Source: Chloroflexota bacterium (GTDB lineage Bacteria > Chloroflexota > Chloroflexia > QHBQ01). From it: DNA of 58,106 nt. Made by a program: the position numbers and the translations under genes. This document shows, piece after piece, positions 58,106 through 58,106 of the stretch (positions are counted from its first letter, which is position 1; each line of letters begins with the position of its first letter). The notes beneath the pieces are model-generated. The model worked only from the letters and a program-made list of their open reading frames with translations, had not been told where the DNA came from and did no database searches. Location: assembly GCA_043754535.1 (NCBI GenBank), contig JAYUUN010000015.1:1-58106 (forward strand), read 5' to 3'.

Positions 58106-58106
58106 G

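Overview
A 58 kb GC-rich bacterial chromosomal region. It is probably Chloroflexota or another monoderm, an inference from the SLH-tailed S8 protease, class F sortase, DsbA/VKOR pair, split KdpD and 4-domain S1. Most of the content is housekeeping and envelope genes: a GH63-like hydrolase, an Asd-family protein, rpsA, clpC, paaF/paaG-like hydratases, a kdpFABC-kdpD(N) operon divergent from a KimA-like transporter, a yitJ-like methionine synthase/MTHFR, a PP2C phosphatase, GDP-deoxysugar genes, metK with a SAM-I riboswitch, an Na+/H+ antiporter, DsbA/VKOR, a class V aminotransferase and lgt. I saw no rRNA, tRNA, CRISPR array or integrase/transposase. The most notable observations are: (1) a tandem array of two promoter-plus-gene cassettes (773 bp period) at 14961-16639, bounded by three copies of a ~40 bp sequence that is also the 3' end of a kdp-linked gene, encoding small membrane proteins with a conserved 'PPHVL' N-terminus, with a third diverged cassette at ~360-802; (2) an XRE repressor plus ImmA/IrrE-type protease switch in an apparent operon with a MidA-type methyltransferase and a degenerate class III cyclase; (3) an ATPase-less ClpC decoy-like paralog directly upstream of clpC; (4) an Asd homolog with no cysteine at all, an Lgt with both conserved His replaced by Gln, and an S1 protein with very large low-complexity tails. 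All family calls come from motif recognition by eye; no database searches were run.
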